Below, in pieces: positions 10,252-19,626 of a stretch of DNA of 64,000 nucleotides. This DNA comes from Thermoproteota archaeon (GTDB lineage Archaea > Thermoproteota > Thermoprotei > Thermofilales > B9-G17): assembly GCA_029258885.1 (NCBI GenBank), contig JAPDJW010000002.1, forward strand, positions 582,816 through 646,815, in the 5' to 3' direction. Within the stretch, counting starts at the first letter, position 1, and each line of letters starts with the position of its first letter. Position numbers and translations under genes: made by a program. Below the pieces are notes generated by a model, which was not told the DNA's origin, made no database searches, and saw nothing but the letters and a program-made list of their open reading frames with translations.

Positions 10252-10300
10252 GTGATGAAACCACCCACGCATTGAGCGATGATAGGCTGGCCGGAGCTGA
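10252..10300 (+). ncRNA. Archaeal C/D-box guide sRNA
   Basis: C box GTGATGA 10252-58, 13-nt guide AACCACCCACGCA, D' TTGA 10272-75, C' ATGATAG 10279-85, 12-nt guide GGCTGGCCGGAG, D box CTGA 10297-300. It is intergenic. Confidence 0.85.
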
Positions 10301-10307
10301 GCTTCTT

Positions 10308-11780
10308 TTACCGTTTAAATCTAGCCTCGCTTAGGAGTTTGTCAGCCTTAATACTATCAACTCCATGTTTAATAAGTAGGTTTCTGGCATAGTCTAGAAG
10401 CTCCCTTTCAATATCCTCTTCTAACGGCTCAACCTCGTGCCTGCGGTGGATTTCAAGTATCCTCTCCCTAGCCCGTGAGATGATGTCCTTTTTGCCGCCT
10501 CTAATCCACGCCTCTCTGCTCAGCCTATCGATGATATTGGATGGATGATATATGGTTTTCCTAAACCACTTTAAGGTATGTGTTTTTCTTAGGAAGTCTG
10601 CTTTGAAGCCAACTTCCCTAAGCACATCCACGGCCTCTGAATCCCTCTCAATATCTAGGAGTTCCCTAAACCTTAAAGCCATTGAACATATTTCAGCATC
10701 TATAACCAGTTTCTCCAGCGACTGTACGCTTTCATTCTCCATCATCCCCGGGCCACTTACAATATTTACTCCCTTGAGAACAGCTAGGAAGGCTCCGACA
10801 CCCACCTCGAATCCAGCCTGATAATCTATTACCTTTGAATCCGATATAGCCATGTAGGCGTGGCATGGTAAACCGTAGTATTTAGCGATGTCCACGTAGG
10901 ATAATGTTAAGGCTAACGCCTCAACGCCACATATGGATACAGTACCATATCTCATGTCAAACGAGCACGGTGAGCCTCCATATACGACTATCGAGCCCCT
11001 CCTGACGCACTGCGCTAAGACGAGCCCGGCTAGAAATTCAGCGTTATGTTGTACTAGGGAACCATATATGGTTACAGGTCCAGTTGAGCCGGGCGACGGC
11101 ATAGGAATAATCTCCAGCGGAAGCCCTAGTTTGACACAATCTATAATGTTCTGAGACGTAATATAGCTCCATTTAAGGGGCGGCGAGGGGCAGACATCGA
11201 ATACAGCTATCGGTTCATGTTTCATATCTTCTCCCTTGACGATGCTAATCATCCTAGACATTTCATATACTCCCTTATCCGAGAATGCTCCCGTTATAAT
11301 AGGCTTAGAGCTATTCATTAATACCACGAAAAGCCTCCATGAATCATAGATCTCGTTTGGGACATCGCTTGCAACAATGGCTGTCGACTGGAAAACCATA
11401 CTATCCAGCGCATCAGCCGTAAAGACAAACTCCGCCAAATCTCTAGTTATCGGCTTTCTAATATCGTTTCTATCGTAGTCATATACGTATATTGCAGCTG
11501 AACCCGGATTAAAGTACGTATTATCATCTCCAACGGTAAAGCATCTCCCTCCTCTTGAAGCATAGAGTTTAAATACCTTAGGAGTAGCCTTAATGCATTC
11601 ATCAGCTAAGGATGAGTTAATTCTAGCTACTTTCCTTTTATAATCTACGTTGCATCCATAGTCGTCGAGTGTCTTTAGGGCGTTCGAATTATCGATGAAA
11701 ACGCCTATATCCTCCAGTACGGATAAGCTATCTACATGAATTGATTCAACCAGGTTCTTACCTAATATGCTGAGCTTCAT
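10308..11780 (-). CDS. Trimethylamine-methyltransferase (MttB) superfamily protein, non-pyrrolysine type
   Basis: YGLPCHAYMAISDSK..DYQAG..GPGMME...EKLVID aligns with the MttB C-terminal motif. Ile (ATA, 10845-47) occupies the Pyl position and there is no in-frame TAG. Confidence 0.88.
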   Translation of the reverse strand: MKLSILGKNLVESIHVDSLSVLEDIGVFIDNSNALKTLDDYGCNVDYKRKVARINSSLADECIKATPKVFKLYASRGGRCFTVGDDNTYFNPGSAAIYVYDYDRNDIRKPITRDLAEFVFTADALDSMVFQSTAIVASDVPNEIYDSWRLFVVLMNSSKPIITGAFSDKGVYEMSRMISIVKGEDMKHEPIAVFDVCPSPPLKWSYITSQNIIDCVKLGLPLEIIPMPSPGSTGPVTIYGSLVQHNAEFLAGLVLAQCVRRGSIVVYGGSPCSFDMRYGTVSICGVEALALTLSYVDIAKYYGLPCHAYMAISDSKVIDYQAGFEVGVGAFLAVLKGVNIVSGPGMMENESVQSLEKLVIDAEICSMALRFRELLDIERDSEAVDVLREVGFKADFLRKTHTLKWFRKTIYHPSNIIDRLSREAWIRGGKKDIISRARERILEIHRRHEVEPLEEDIERELLDYARNLLIKHGVDSIKADKLLSEARFKR

Positions 11781-11804
11781 GAAGTAAAGTTAGTTTTCAG
11801 TAAT

Positions 11805-12113
11805 TTAAGGCTTTATCTTTAATCTCCCATATAGTTGATCAAGTTCTCTAACCGAGTGTGCATCGTAGCCGATTAACCATTCATCTCCATTATCGATCCA
11901 CACGTCTAGAATATCCTTGGACGACAGATTATACTTAACGTTATTCTTAAGGATAAGCCAGTGAACATTTTCCAGTAAAACCCTAAGCGTCTCCCGTACA
12001 CACTTCACCTTAAGCCAGCCTTTTTTCTTAAGAAGTAGTAGCGGATGAGCATATACAAGGTTAAACTCCGAATACCTATCGAGAACCTTCTCAGGCGACT
12101 CCAGATATTTAAA
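11805..12113 (-). pseudogene. C-terminal remnant of a probable PHP-family phosphoesterase
   Basis: The frame is open 12113-11805 with WLIGYDAHSVREL (like the PHP GSDAH motif). It is preceded in frame by TGA (12114-16), and the upstream region carries stops in all frames I translated. Confidence 0.4.
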
Positions 12114-12250
12114 TCACACAAGGACTACATGAAGGCCAAGGCTACATTAGGAATAGCAAAGTTCAGAGCTTTCCAGTCCCTAGGTACAAGTGTCCATACG
12201 CCGAGCAGTACTAGCTAAAGATCTATTCATGCTATAAATAGGGTTATAGG

Positions 12251-12697
12251 TTAAGATTTATTCTCCTTCTTTCTCTCTTCTCTATAGTCGATTACATCGG
12301 CTAACGTGCCGAGAACTATAGATAGGCTCAGCAAAGCTACAATTATCAGCAGAAGCTTAGATATGTTTAGGGTTAACACAGCTTCCTTATACTCTACATG
12401 AATTAGACCAAAGCCGCTCATCGAGAAGACATATACTAGATATATTACAAGAGAGAATCTACCTAGGAACTTAACAACTATGCTTAGGGGCTTTTCAGAA
12501 ACATATCTAATTAGAGATAGGATAGCTATAATAAAGCCTATGATACTGAGCGTTGACACGTCTAGATCCACTATTATATCCGGATACCTGGCTTTAACTA
12601 GGGATAGAATATACTGAGGGAGGTAGATGAACAATACTATATTAATTATAAATGATAATATTCCCAATGCGATTCCTTTAGGCTCAGCCCTGAACAT
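12251..12697 (-). CDS. 4-TM membrane protein
   Basis: Four hydrophobic segments; it overlaps the upstream gene by 14 nt, suggesting an operon. Confidence 0.7.
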   Translation of the reverse strand: MFRAEPKGIALGILSFIINIVLFIYLPQYILSLVKARYPDIIVDLDVSTLSIIGFIIAILSLIRYVSEKPLSIVVKFLGRFSLVIYLVYVFSMSGFGLIHVEYKEAVLTLNISKLLLIIVALLSLSIVLGTLADVIDYREERKKENKS

Positions 12698-13781
12698 CGC
12701 TTATAAGTACCTCCATATGTTTCTGTGCATGGAATGGCTCATACACCGTAATTAATAGATCCACCTTATCAAGCCTCTCTATCTTGAGTGCAACCATGGT
12801 GATATCGCCCTCGGCAAAGCCGTTAACAAAGTTTATGGTAACGTTTTTAGCTATCGAGAAATCGGAGTAGGAGGCTTCAATACAGGCTTTAATGGTCTGA
12901 TTAAAGCGGAAGCTACAGTTAACCACGTAGTGTAGTGTCACTTTAAAGTGTGTTGAATTAACATCCACCGTATTTACTACATTAACGCTCACGGATATAA
13001 GCGGAGAAAGGTGAATATTGGTCTCGTATACCTTACGGTCGCCAACGTAAATCTCAACCTTAACATCCCCGCCTTTAAACAGCAGCTTACCTATGCTAGT
13101 TTTCGAGGTGCGTATAGTAAGTTTAGTTGGACTGCCAGTACTAGATGATCGAACATTAAGCGAAGCGTTAATATCTGGACCCTGCATTACGATCCTAACA
13201 GGAATTTCCTTGATTGGAACAACTCCTATATGCCTTATGGACACGGGTATCTCAGCGTAAACCTCATCTCCCGATGCATAGAGGGCAAGCTTCTCCAGGA
13301 GAGGGCTAAAGTCCATAGCATAGATCGGCGTAGTCCAGGGGACGATCTTCCTCCAGTATAGCTCTACATCAACCCAGTAGGCGTACGTTAAACTCAATCT
13401 TGCAATTAGGGTGGCATTGAATGATCTAAAGAATGCCTCTATAAGCTCATCGCTTACTTCACCACTAAAATTGAAAACCTTGACCTGCTCAGCCCTACTG
13501 GCAGGAATATCGCCCAGCAGAGAGAACCCATGGTATATCGTATTGTTTGCATCATCCAATATATAATATTCGGCGGATAAATCCGTAATAGGATAGAAGC
13601 CTGGATTACGTATGTGGACGGGAATCTGCACATAAAGCGTGTTATTCTTAAAATTCCAGCTGATGTCTCCCACGGTAAATCTAATCGATAATGCCGAATA
13701 GATTATTGTAGCAACTAATATAATAACGATAACGTTAACGATGTAGGATGTGGCTCTAAGTATAGTTGAAATCCTAGACAT
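12684..13781 (-). CDS. N-terminally anchored extracellular protein with tandem beta-sandwich (LEA_2/WHy-like) repeats
   Basis: N-terminal TM; repeated 'IPVxIxNxGxxPI' units (VQIPVHIRNPGFYPI, AEIPVSIRHIGVVPI); many NxS/T sequons. Confidence 0.6.
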   Translation of the reverse strand: MSRISTILRATSYIVNVIVIILVATIIYSALSIRFTVGDISWNFKNNTLYVQIPVHIRNPGFYPITDLSAEYYILDDANNTIYHGFSLLGDIPASRAEQVKVFNFSGEVSDELIEAFFRSFNATLIARLSLTYAYWVDVELYWRKIVPWTTPIYAMDFSPLLEKLALYASGDEVYAEIPVSIRHIGVVPIKEIPVRIVMQGPDINASLNVRSSSTGSPTKLTIRTSKTSIGKLLFKGGDVKVEIYVGDRKVYETNIHLSPLISVSVNVVNTVDVNSTHFKVTLHYVVNCSFRFNQTIKACIEASYSDFSIAKNVTINFVNGFAEGDITMVALKIERLDKVDLLITVYEPFHAQKHMEVLISDVQG

Positions 13782-13974
13782 ACGTTACTATATAGCGAAC
13801 AACTAGTAAATAAACTTTACATATTTACCTATTAAAAGCATAAAGAAATTTTAAATCACTTATCAGTACTAGTTCAAAATTTTGCAATATAATGTTTTCC
13901 ATAAAGCCACAATTTACTACAACGTAAACTTAAAATAGATATACATTTTTACTAGCACCCTCATATCATAAATC

Positions 13975-14835
13975 ATGGGAAAATATAAGTACATAATATT
14001 TATCCTCGCACTAGCCCTACTTCCCGCGATGATACTGTTTAGAATACCTCGCAGTGAAGTTGAAGAGCCCAAACACGTAATCGATATAGGCGCTATAGAA
14101 TACGCTAACATTACAGTATTAATAGATAACAATGCCTTTAACGGCTTAAGAAGTCCATGGGGAATCTCAATATACGTGGAGACGCCGAATATAACGATAT
14201 TATTCGATACCGGGCCAAGACCAGAAGACCTAGAGTACAACTGTAGGCTACTTAAAGTAGATCTATCTAAGGTAGACATAGTGGTGCTATCCCACGAGCA
14301 TGGGGATCACATAGGAGGGCTAGGCTACTTAGCAGGCCAGGCGCCAAACGCAACAGTATACGTACCCTCAGGAATGTCCAATTTCGTTAAGAATGAAATA
14401 AGGAAACTCAACTTTAAACTGATTGAAGTAGAGCAGACAACTATAATATCCGAAGGAATAGCAGTTGTAGGTCAACTATATGGTCCACCGTACGAGCAGG
14501 CACTAGCATTAAATATCAAAAACCTAGGCCTAGTAGTAATAGTCGGCTGTAGCCATCCCGGAGTAGATAAGATAGTACATAAGATAGCCCTAGAAACAGG
14601 TGAAAAACCCTACCTAGTATTAGGAGGCTTCCATATGGCGGCGGCTTCAAAGAATAAGATAACATCCGTAATACTGAATCTTGTAGCCCATGGAGTCAAC
14701 TGCATAGCTCCAATACACTGCAGCGGCGACAACTTTAGGAAAATAATGAGCAAGGATTTCCGGGATAAATACCTAGAGCTACATGTAGGCTCGAGACTAA
14801 TAGTGAACTCAACTGGAGTATACCTCAGGGGATAA
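13975..14835 (+). CDS. Metallo-beta-lactamase-fold hydrolase (MJ0448-like) with an N-terminal TM anchor
   Basis: Motifs [25 protein letters not shown] and HCSG. Confidence 0.88.
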   Translation: MGKYKYIIFILALALLPAMILFRIPRSEVEEPKHVIDIGAIEYANITVLIDNNAFNGLRSPWGISIYVETPNITILFDTGPRPEDLEYNCRLLKVDLSKVDIVVLSHEHGDHIGGLGYLAGQAPNATVYVPSGMSNFVKNEIRKLNFKLIEVEQTTIISEGIAVVGQLYGPPYEQALALNIKNLGLVVIVGCSHPGVDKIVHKIALETGEKPYLVLGGFHMAAASKNKITSVILNLVAHGVNCIAPIHCSGDNFRKIMSKDFRDKYLELHVGSRLIVNSTGVYLRG

Positions 14836-14875
14836 CGTTTTAACTCTCAAGAAATATTCATTGAGCGGTGATAAT

Positions 14876-15268
14876 ATGGCGAAGGAAATCATATATACGG
14901 GTAAAGCTCCCAAGCCGATAGGCCCATACTCTCAGGCAGTTAAGGTTGGAGGATTTCTCTTCGGCTCAGGTCAGATAGCCATAGATCCTGCAACTGGCGA
15001 GCTGGTTAGAGGCGACATAAAGGCCCAAACTAGAAGAGTCATGAAGAACATTAAAGCTATACTGGAGAGCTCAGGATACACCTTAAAGGATGTAGTTAAA
15101 GTCACAGTCTTCCTTAAAAACATTGAGGATTTCAAGGACTTCAATGAAGTATATGGAGAATATTTCAGGGAGGGGCCGCCAGCCCGAACAACAGTCGAGG
15201 TTTCAAGGCTACCCAAGGACGTGCTAATAGAAGTAGATTTTATAGCATACAGCAATAGGAGGAAGTAG
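14876..15268 (+). CDS. ridA: RidA reactive-intermediate deaminase
   Basis: Motifs [28 protein letters not shown] and VLIEVD. The probable start is ATG 14876. Confidence 0.93.
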   Translation: MAKEIIYTGKAPKPIGPYSQAVKVGGFLFGSGQIAIDPATGELVRGDIKAQTRRVMKNIKAILESSGYTLKDVVKVTVFLKNIEDFKDFNEVYGEYFREGPPARTTVEVSRLPKDVLIEVDFIAYSNRRK

Positions 15269-15280
15269 CTATTCGAATAG

Positions 15281-15538
15281 TTAGCTTTTCTTCTTCCCGA
15301 ACCTATATATGATAATATAGGCTAAATATAGGATGATTAAACCTAGGGGATATAGGTTAGCTACAAGAAGCACGGCAAATATGAATGATAGCAAGATGGA
15401 CAACAGTATCCTAGCTACCCTATTCATGAGTTTTCTCAAGCTTACATATACAATAACGGCAGTAATAATCCAGAAAAATAGGAATACAGCTAGTGGTCCG
15501 TACTCAAACAGGTATCCTGAATACAGGTATACGCTCAT
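15281..15538 (-). CDS. Small 3-TM membrane protein
   Basis: 85 aa, three hydrophobic helices and a basic C-terminus. Confidence 0.55.
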   Translation of the reverse strand: MSVYLYSGYLFEYGPLAVFLFFWIITAVIVYVSLRKLMNRVARILLSILLSFIFAVLLVANLYPLGLIILYLAYIIIYRFGKKKS

Positions 15539-15658
15539 TACAATTTATTCATAAACCTACTTATCTATAAAATAGACGACCTTAAACTCTACATATGTCA
15601 AAAAGAATTCTACTAATAATAGAAATCTTTTTTAAAAAGTTTTCTAATAATATTATGT

Positions 15659-16966
15659 ATGTTTTCAAAGAGCGTGCTTAGAGGGATAGTGTTAGAGCAG
15701 CGTGAGGAGATGGAGGAAATATTCAGTGTGGAAAGGATAATTGAGAGGGAGGCTAAGGCTGAGGCTAGAAAATTCCTTAAATATCCGAATATACTAGCCA
15801 TATTAGGAGCTAGGAGATGTGGGAAGTCCATATTTGCGTATCAGCTCTTCAGAGGAAATGTTTATGCATACATAAATTTCGACGACGAAAGACTAGCCGG
15901 AATAGATGCAAGGGATCTAAATAGAATTCTAGAGGTATTCTACGAGATCTATGGCAGAAACCTGAGGAACATAATACTCGACGAGCCACAGAACGTCCCC
16001 AAATGGGAGCTATTCGCCAACAGGCTTAGAAGAACTAAAAAGGTTATAGTTACGGGAAGCAACTCCCAGCTACTCTCCGGCGAGCTGGCGACGGCATTAA
16101 CCGGCAGACACGTAACATTCGAACTATATCCCTTCAGCTTCAGAGAAGTACTCGAGTTCCTCGGAAAGCCTAAGGAAGCCTACACAACAAAGGAGAGAAG
16201 CGAGCTAATTGCAACCCTAAGAGACTTTCTCGAGAACGGCGGGCTCCCCGAGAGGTTCAAGTTTGGAAGGAGAATAATCAGGGAAGTATACAACGACATA
16301 ATAACTAGGGATATAGTTAGGAGAGGGAAAATTAAGAAGGAGGTTGAAGTTAAGAGAGCCACAAACTTCCTAATAAGCAACTTCTCAAACGAATTCACCT
16401 TCCGCTCACTAAAATCCATAGCAGGAGTAAAACACCTATCAACACTATCCAAATGGATCGAGCTAATGAAGGAGGCATACCTTATCATAGTACTGGAGAG
16501 ATTCAGCTTCAAAATAAAAAAGCCAACCTACGCGCCGAAAAAAGTCTACTTAATAGACACAGGCTTCACAACAACAGCCGGCTACAGAATAAGCGAGAAC
16601 ATAGGCAGACTAATGGAAAACACAGTAGCAGTCGAACTATTCAGGAGAAGAAGCTACTGGCACCCCAACTGGGAGATATACTACTGGAAAGACCACCAGC
16701 AGAGAGAAGTAGACTTCATAGTAAAAAACGGATCAGAAATAAGACAGCTAATCCAAGTAACCTACGCCACAGGCATAGACGAGATAGATAGAAGAGAATT
16801 AAAATCCCTAATAAAGGCAGGCGAAATATTCAACTGCAAAAACATGCTACTAATAACATGGGACTACGAGGATAAAATAAACATAAAAAACAGGATAATT
16901 AAAGCCACACCACTATGGAAATGGCTACTATCAGTCAACACGCATAAGGATAGAGCAACTAGGTAA
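15659..16966 (+). CDS. AAA+ ATPase, AAA_14/DUF4143 family (C-terminal wHTH and PD-(D/E)xK-like domain)
   Basis: Walker A GARRCGKS, Walker B ILDEPQ, TGSNS, KKVYLIDTG, ENTVAVEL and EVDFIV...QVT. Confidence 0.9.
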   Translation: MFSKSVLRGIVLEQREEMEEIFSVERIIEREAKAEARKFLKYPNILAILGARRCGKSIFAYQLFRGNVYAYINFDDERLAGIDARDLNRILEVFYEIYGRNLRNIILDEPQNVPKWELFANRLRRTKKVIVTGSNSQLLSGELATALTGRHVTFELYPFSFREVLEFLGKPKEAYTTKERSELIATLRDFLENGGLPERFKFGRRIIREVYNDIITRDIVRRGKIKKEVEVKRATNFLISNFSNEFTFRSLKSIAGVKHLSTLSKWIELMKEAYLIIVLERFSFKIKKPTYAPKKVYLIDTGFTTTAGYRISENIGRLMENTVAVELFRRRSYWHPNWEIYYWKDHQQREVDFIVKNGSEIRQLIQVTYATGIDEIDRRELKSLIKAGEIFNCKNMLLITWDYEDKINIKNRIIKATPLWKWLLSVNTHKDRATR

Positions 16967-17217
16967 CATTAGGTATATTAGCCCTAAACCTATATTCATC
17001 AAACTCTCCAATAGACATCCCAGTAGTCCTAGTAGCCTTATAAATATCACCGTCTCAACATAATACCTATTCCCTCCTCAATAAAATACAGCAAAGCAGC
17101 CCTAATACGTGGAGGCTGACTATTAATAAACTCCCAGTTGGCATTTTCCCTCCTAATTCTCCTAGCCTCCTCATCCTCTCTCAACCACTCCTCATACAAA
17201 CCAGACGAAACAATCAT
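16959..17217 (-). pseudogene. Small (about 78 aa) antitoxin-like/HTH protein gene disrupted by a 22-nt imperfect duplication
   Basis: Frame 1: MIVSSGLYEEWLREDEEARRIRRENANWEFINSQPPRIRAALLYFIEEG..* . Frame 2: GDIYKATRTTGMSIGEFDEYRFRANIPNVT*. Removing 22 nt (AATAGGTATTATGTTGAGACGG) fuses them in frame. Confidence 0.6.
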
Positions 17218-17250
17218 AAAATAATTTAAAACACGTCAATAATTCCTTTT

Positions 17251-17790
17251 CTATTTCTTCAGAACTATGATCCACTGGTTTTCGGGTATGCATACTACAC
17301 TATCCTTATTTAAGCTGATCGGTTTTTCGTTAGGTGTGAAGTGGACTTTGACGTAGAAGTCTACGATCCCTAGCCCTGGATTAATTTCATTGCTAATCTC
17401 TCCCTTGGATAGTACTATTGCTCCTGCGGAATTGCCGATAATATTTCCATTGAAATTTTTAATTAATTCCTCAATTCTCTTCTCCTTGATGGTTGAGTAG
17501 AGTATCTTTGGGTCGCCGCCCGGAAGATAGAGTATATCGGTCTTATCCAGTATCATCCTTATTTCCTCTTTTTCATGCCTCCTTTCGATGAAGTAGATTT
17601 CTCTGGCGCCTAGTTCTCTGAAGTAATCCGCTATTACTCCTCTATAATACCTCTCCTTTTCTGGGTCGTCTGTAGTCCAGGGGATAACTGCAATGCTTTT
17701 TCTCCTCGAAATCTTTACAATAGCCTCCAGCAGTTCTCTATTAGTTCTCCTCTTAATATCCTCTCCTCCCTGAAGAACTATTATCTTCAT
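17251..17790 (-). CDS. Peptidase S51 (peptidase E-like, class I glutamine amidotransferase fold)
   Basis: Motifs LYLPGG, GNSAGA (Ser nucleophile) and VKVHF. Confidence 0.8.
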   Translation of the reverse strand: MKIIVLQGGEDIKRRTNRELLEAIVKISRRKSIAVIPWTTDDPEKERYYRGVIADYFRELGAREIYFIERRHEKEEIRMILDKTDILYLPGGDPKILYSTIKEKRIEELIKNFNGNIIGNSAGAIVLSKGEISNEINPGLGIVDFYVKVHFTPNEKPISLNKDSVVCIPENQWIIVLKK

Positions 17791-17974
17791 GAGTTAGGAT
17801 AAGCTGTAATCAACCTTAAAGTTAACGTTAACCAGTCTCCCGTAACCGTTATTTAAAACGATGCATTTAATAGAATCACAATTTTTTAGCTATCTTTACT
17901 CAGAGTTCCTAGGCTATTTCTCCATTAATGATACTTTGGGTAATCTTTATTATCTAGATTATCTTATATTGGTG

Positions 17975-18253
17975 ATGGTGTTGGCTACACTATTGATTAA
18001 GGGAGTTTCCGAGGATTTACTTAAGGAGTTCAAGAGGCTTAAGGTTGAGCTTGACTGTAAGACTTGGGCTGAACTTTTAGAGAAGTTTGTCAGAATGAGG
18101 CGTGTTGAAGTGGTTATTGTGGATGAAGATTACCGAAGAAGGGCTAATGAAGGTGTTGAGGAGTTTATTAAGCTTAGAAGGGAGGTTTCAAGAAGGTGGC
18201 GCGGCCCCAGTGCATTAGAGGAGTTCAGGAGGTCCCGTAGGCATGTCGATTAG
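17975..18253 (+). CDS. vapB: Antitoxin (VapB-like, RHH-type N-terminus)
   Basis: TLLIKGVSEDLLKEFKRLK..TWAELL; ends ..ALEEFRRSRRHVD and overlaps the PIN gene. The ORF-track start at 17861 is probably over-extended. Confidence 0.65.
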   Translation: MVLATLLIKGVSEDLLKEFKRLKVELDCKTWAELLEKFVRMRRVEVVIVDEDYRRRANEGVEEFIKLRREVSRRWRGPSALEEFRRSRRHVD

Positions 18254-18689
18254 ACGTATACTCGTTCTTAACGCCAATGTTTTTATTGCAGCCTTAAAGG
18301 AAGATGAAGAGTTTAGTGATGAATGTGCCAATATTATACATGCCATTCCTAGAAGTTTCGTTTTAGCTGAACCAAGCATTGTGTATCAGGAGGTCTGCGG
18401 CACGCTTGCTAGGAGGGTTGGTTTGGATCTTGCGGATAAGGCTAGGTCTATATTGGATAAGTTTATAGAGCCAGCTCTACTCTTTAACTGTGATAAATCT
18501 TTCTGTCTCTCAGCCAGCTCTCTATGTCATATCTACGGGATATATTCTATTGATGCACTTTACCTGAAGGTTGCGCTGAATACGAACGGCATCCTTGTAT
18601 CGCTTGACAAGGAGGATTTTATAGAAAGGGTTAAAGAAGCTAATCCTCATATAGAGTTCTATCATGTCTCTGAATTCCCGTACCTCTAG
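18243..18689 (+). CDS. vapC: PIN-domain protein (VapC); first catalytic Asp replaced by Asn
   Basis: VLNANVF (AAC at 18270-72), QEV, IDALY and SLDKED. Confidence 0.82.
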   Translation: MSIRRILVLNANVFIAALKEDEEFSDECANIIHAIPRSFVLAEPSIVYQEVCGTLARRVGLDLADKARSILDKFIEPALLFNCDKSFCLSASSLCHIYGIYSIDALYLKVALNTNGILVSLDKEDFIERVKEANPHIEFYHVSEFPYL

Positions 18690-18870
18690 ATTGTCGTTCT
18701 GTTCTCCAGCACCCTAGATATTAAAGCTTTTAAGAAAAATATTTTAGCCGTTTATCAAATCTAATTTACTGATATTGCATGGCATACTGAATGAGGCAAA
18801 ATATCCTTAAACCTATTGTGCTTTTAAATAAAGGATGCCATTAGTTTATATCCGGCTTATATTGTAGTGT

Positions 18871-19476
18871 TTATTTGAATTGTCTACATTGAGGACAGTA
18901 ATACCTGTAGGCGAGTGGTACCCATCCCATTTTGCTTCCGCAGTCTGGACATATATCGGGTAGGTCTGGGGGTGGTGCGCCATCCGTTCTTCCGCCGTTC
19001 TTCATTACCCATTCCTCTATCGCCTTTTTCCAGTCTTCTTTCCCCGAGAATCCCTTAAACATGAAGGTGTATGCTCTGAATTTACCGCCTGTTAAATGTC
19101 CTACTGTTATCTGTGCTCCTGATAACGGTGGCTTATGGTATTGGACTAGCTTTACGTCCTTTAACGGTATGGTTATGCTGCCGGGGTTCTTGAGGTTCTT
19201 GTAGACATCGTTTAATGAAAGTTTCTTACCCGTTATAACCTTCCTGCCTATGCCGAAGGGAGTCATTGCTGCAAGTTCGCTGGCTACGAATCCCTCGGCG
19301 AAGCCTGTGACTACGAAGTATAGGTTTCTATTAGTTAATACTAGGAAACCTACCTGACGGCTTCTAACCATGCCTTCAGCCATTGCACGGCCTATATCCT
19401 CTGCGGTAAACTGTAGCGATACGGATCCTACGGAGACGTCCCCCTCCTGTTTAATAATATACTCTCCGGCCGACAT
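18871..19476 (-). CDS. PH-fold (bPH/GRAM-like) domain plus Pro-rich linker plus C-terminal zinc ribbon
   Basis: GFLVLTNRNLYF strand, ITIPLKDV, C-terminal helix EDWKKAIEEW, GAPPPDLP and CPDC-x14-CPQC. Confidence 0.65.
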   Translation of the reverse strand: MSAGEYIIKQEGDVSVGSVSLQFTAEDIGRAMAEGMVRSRQVGFLVLTNRNLYFVVTGFAEGFVASELAAMTPFGIGRKVITGKKLSLNDVYKNLKNPGSITIPLKDVKLVQYHKPPLSGAQITVGHLTGGKFRAYTFMFKGFSGKEDWKKAIEEWVMKNGGRTDGAPPPDLPDICPDCGSKMGWVPLAYRYYCPQCRQFK

Positions 19477-19626
19477 ACGCTCTAGTATAGAGTCTTATTT
19501 CTTAAAAGCTTTATCTACAGAATTACGTATGTGACCACTACGGTTGAAGTATACATACCACCTATATGTATCTTCAATTGAGATTTGATTCTCATAAAAT
19601 ATATTAAAAATTAGATTGAGAGAGGG

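Noticed and set aside
10308-11780. Pyrrolysine recoding or methanogenesis
   Set aside because: The Pyl-equivalent codon is ATA (Ile), the ORF has no internal TAG, and there are no pyl or mcr genes in the window.
17050-17072. The 22-nt insert as an archaeal bulge-helix-bulge mRNA intron
   Set aside because: Both junction sides are purine-rich and not complementary, so no BHB can be drawn; the insert looks like a diverged duplicate instead.
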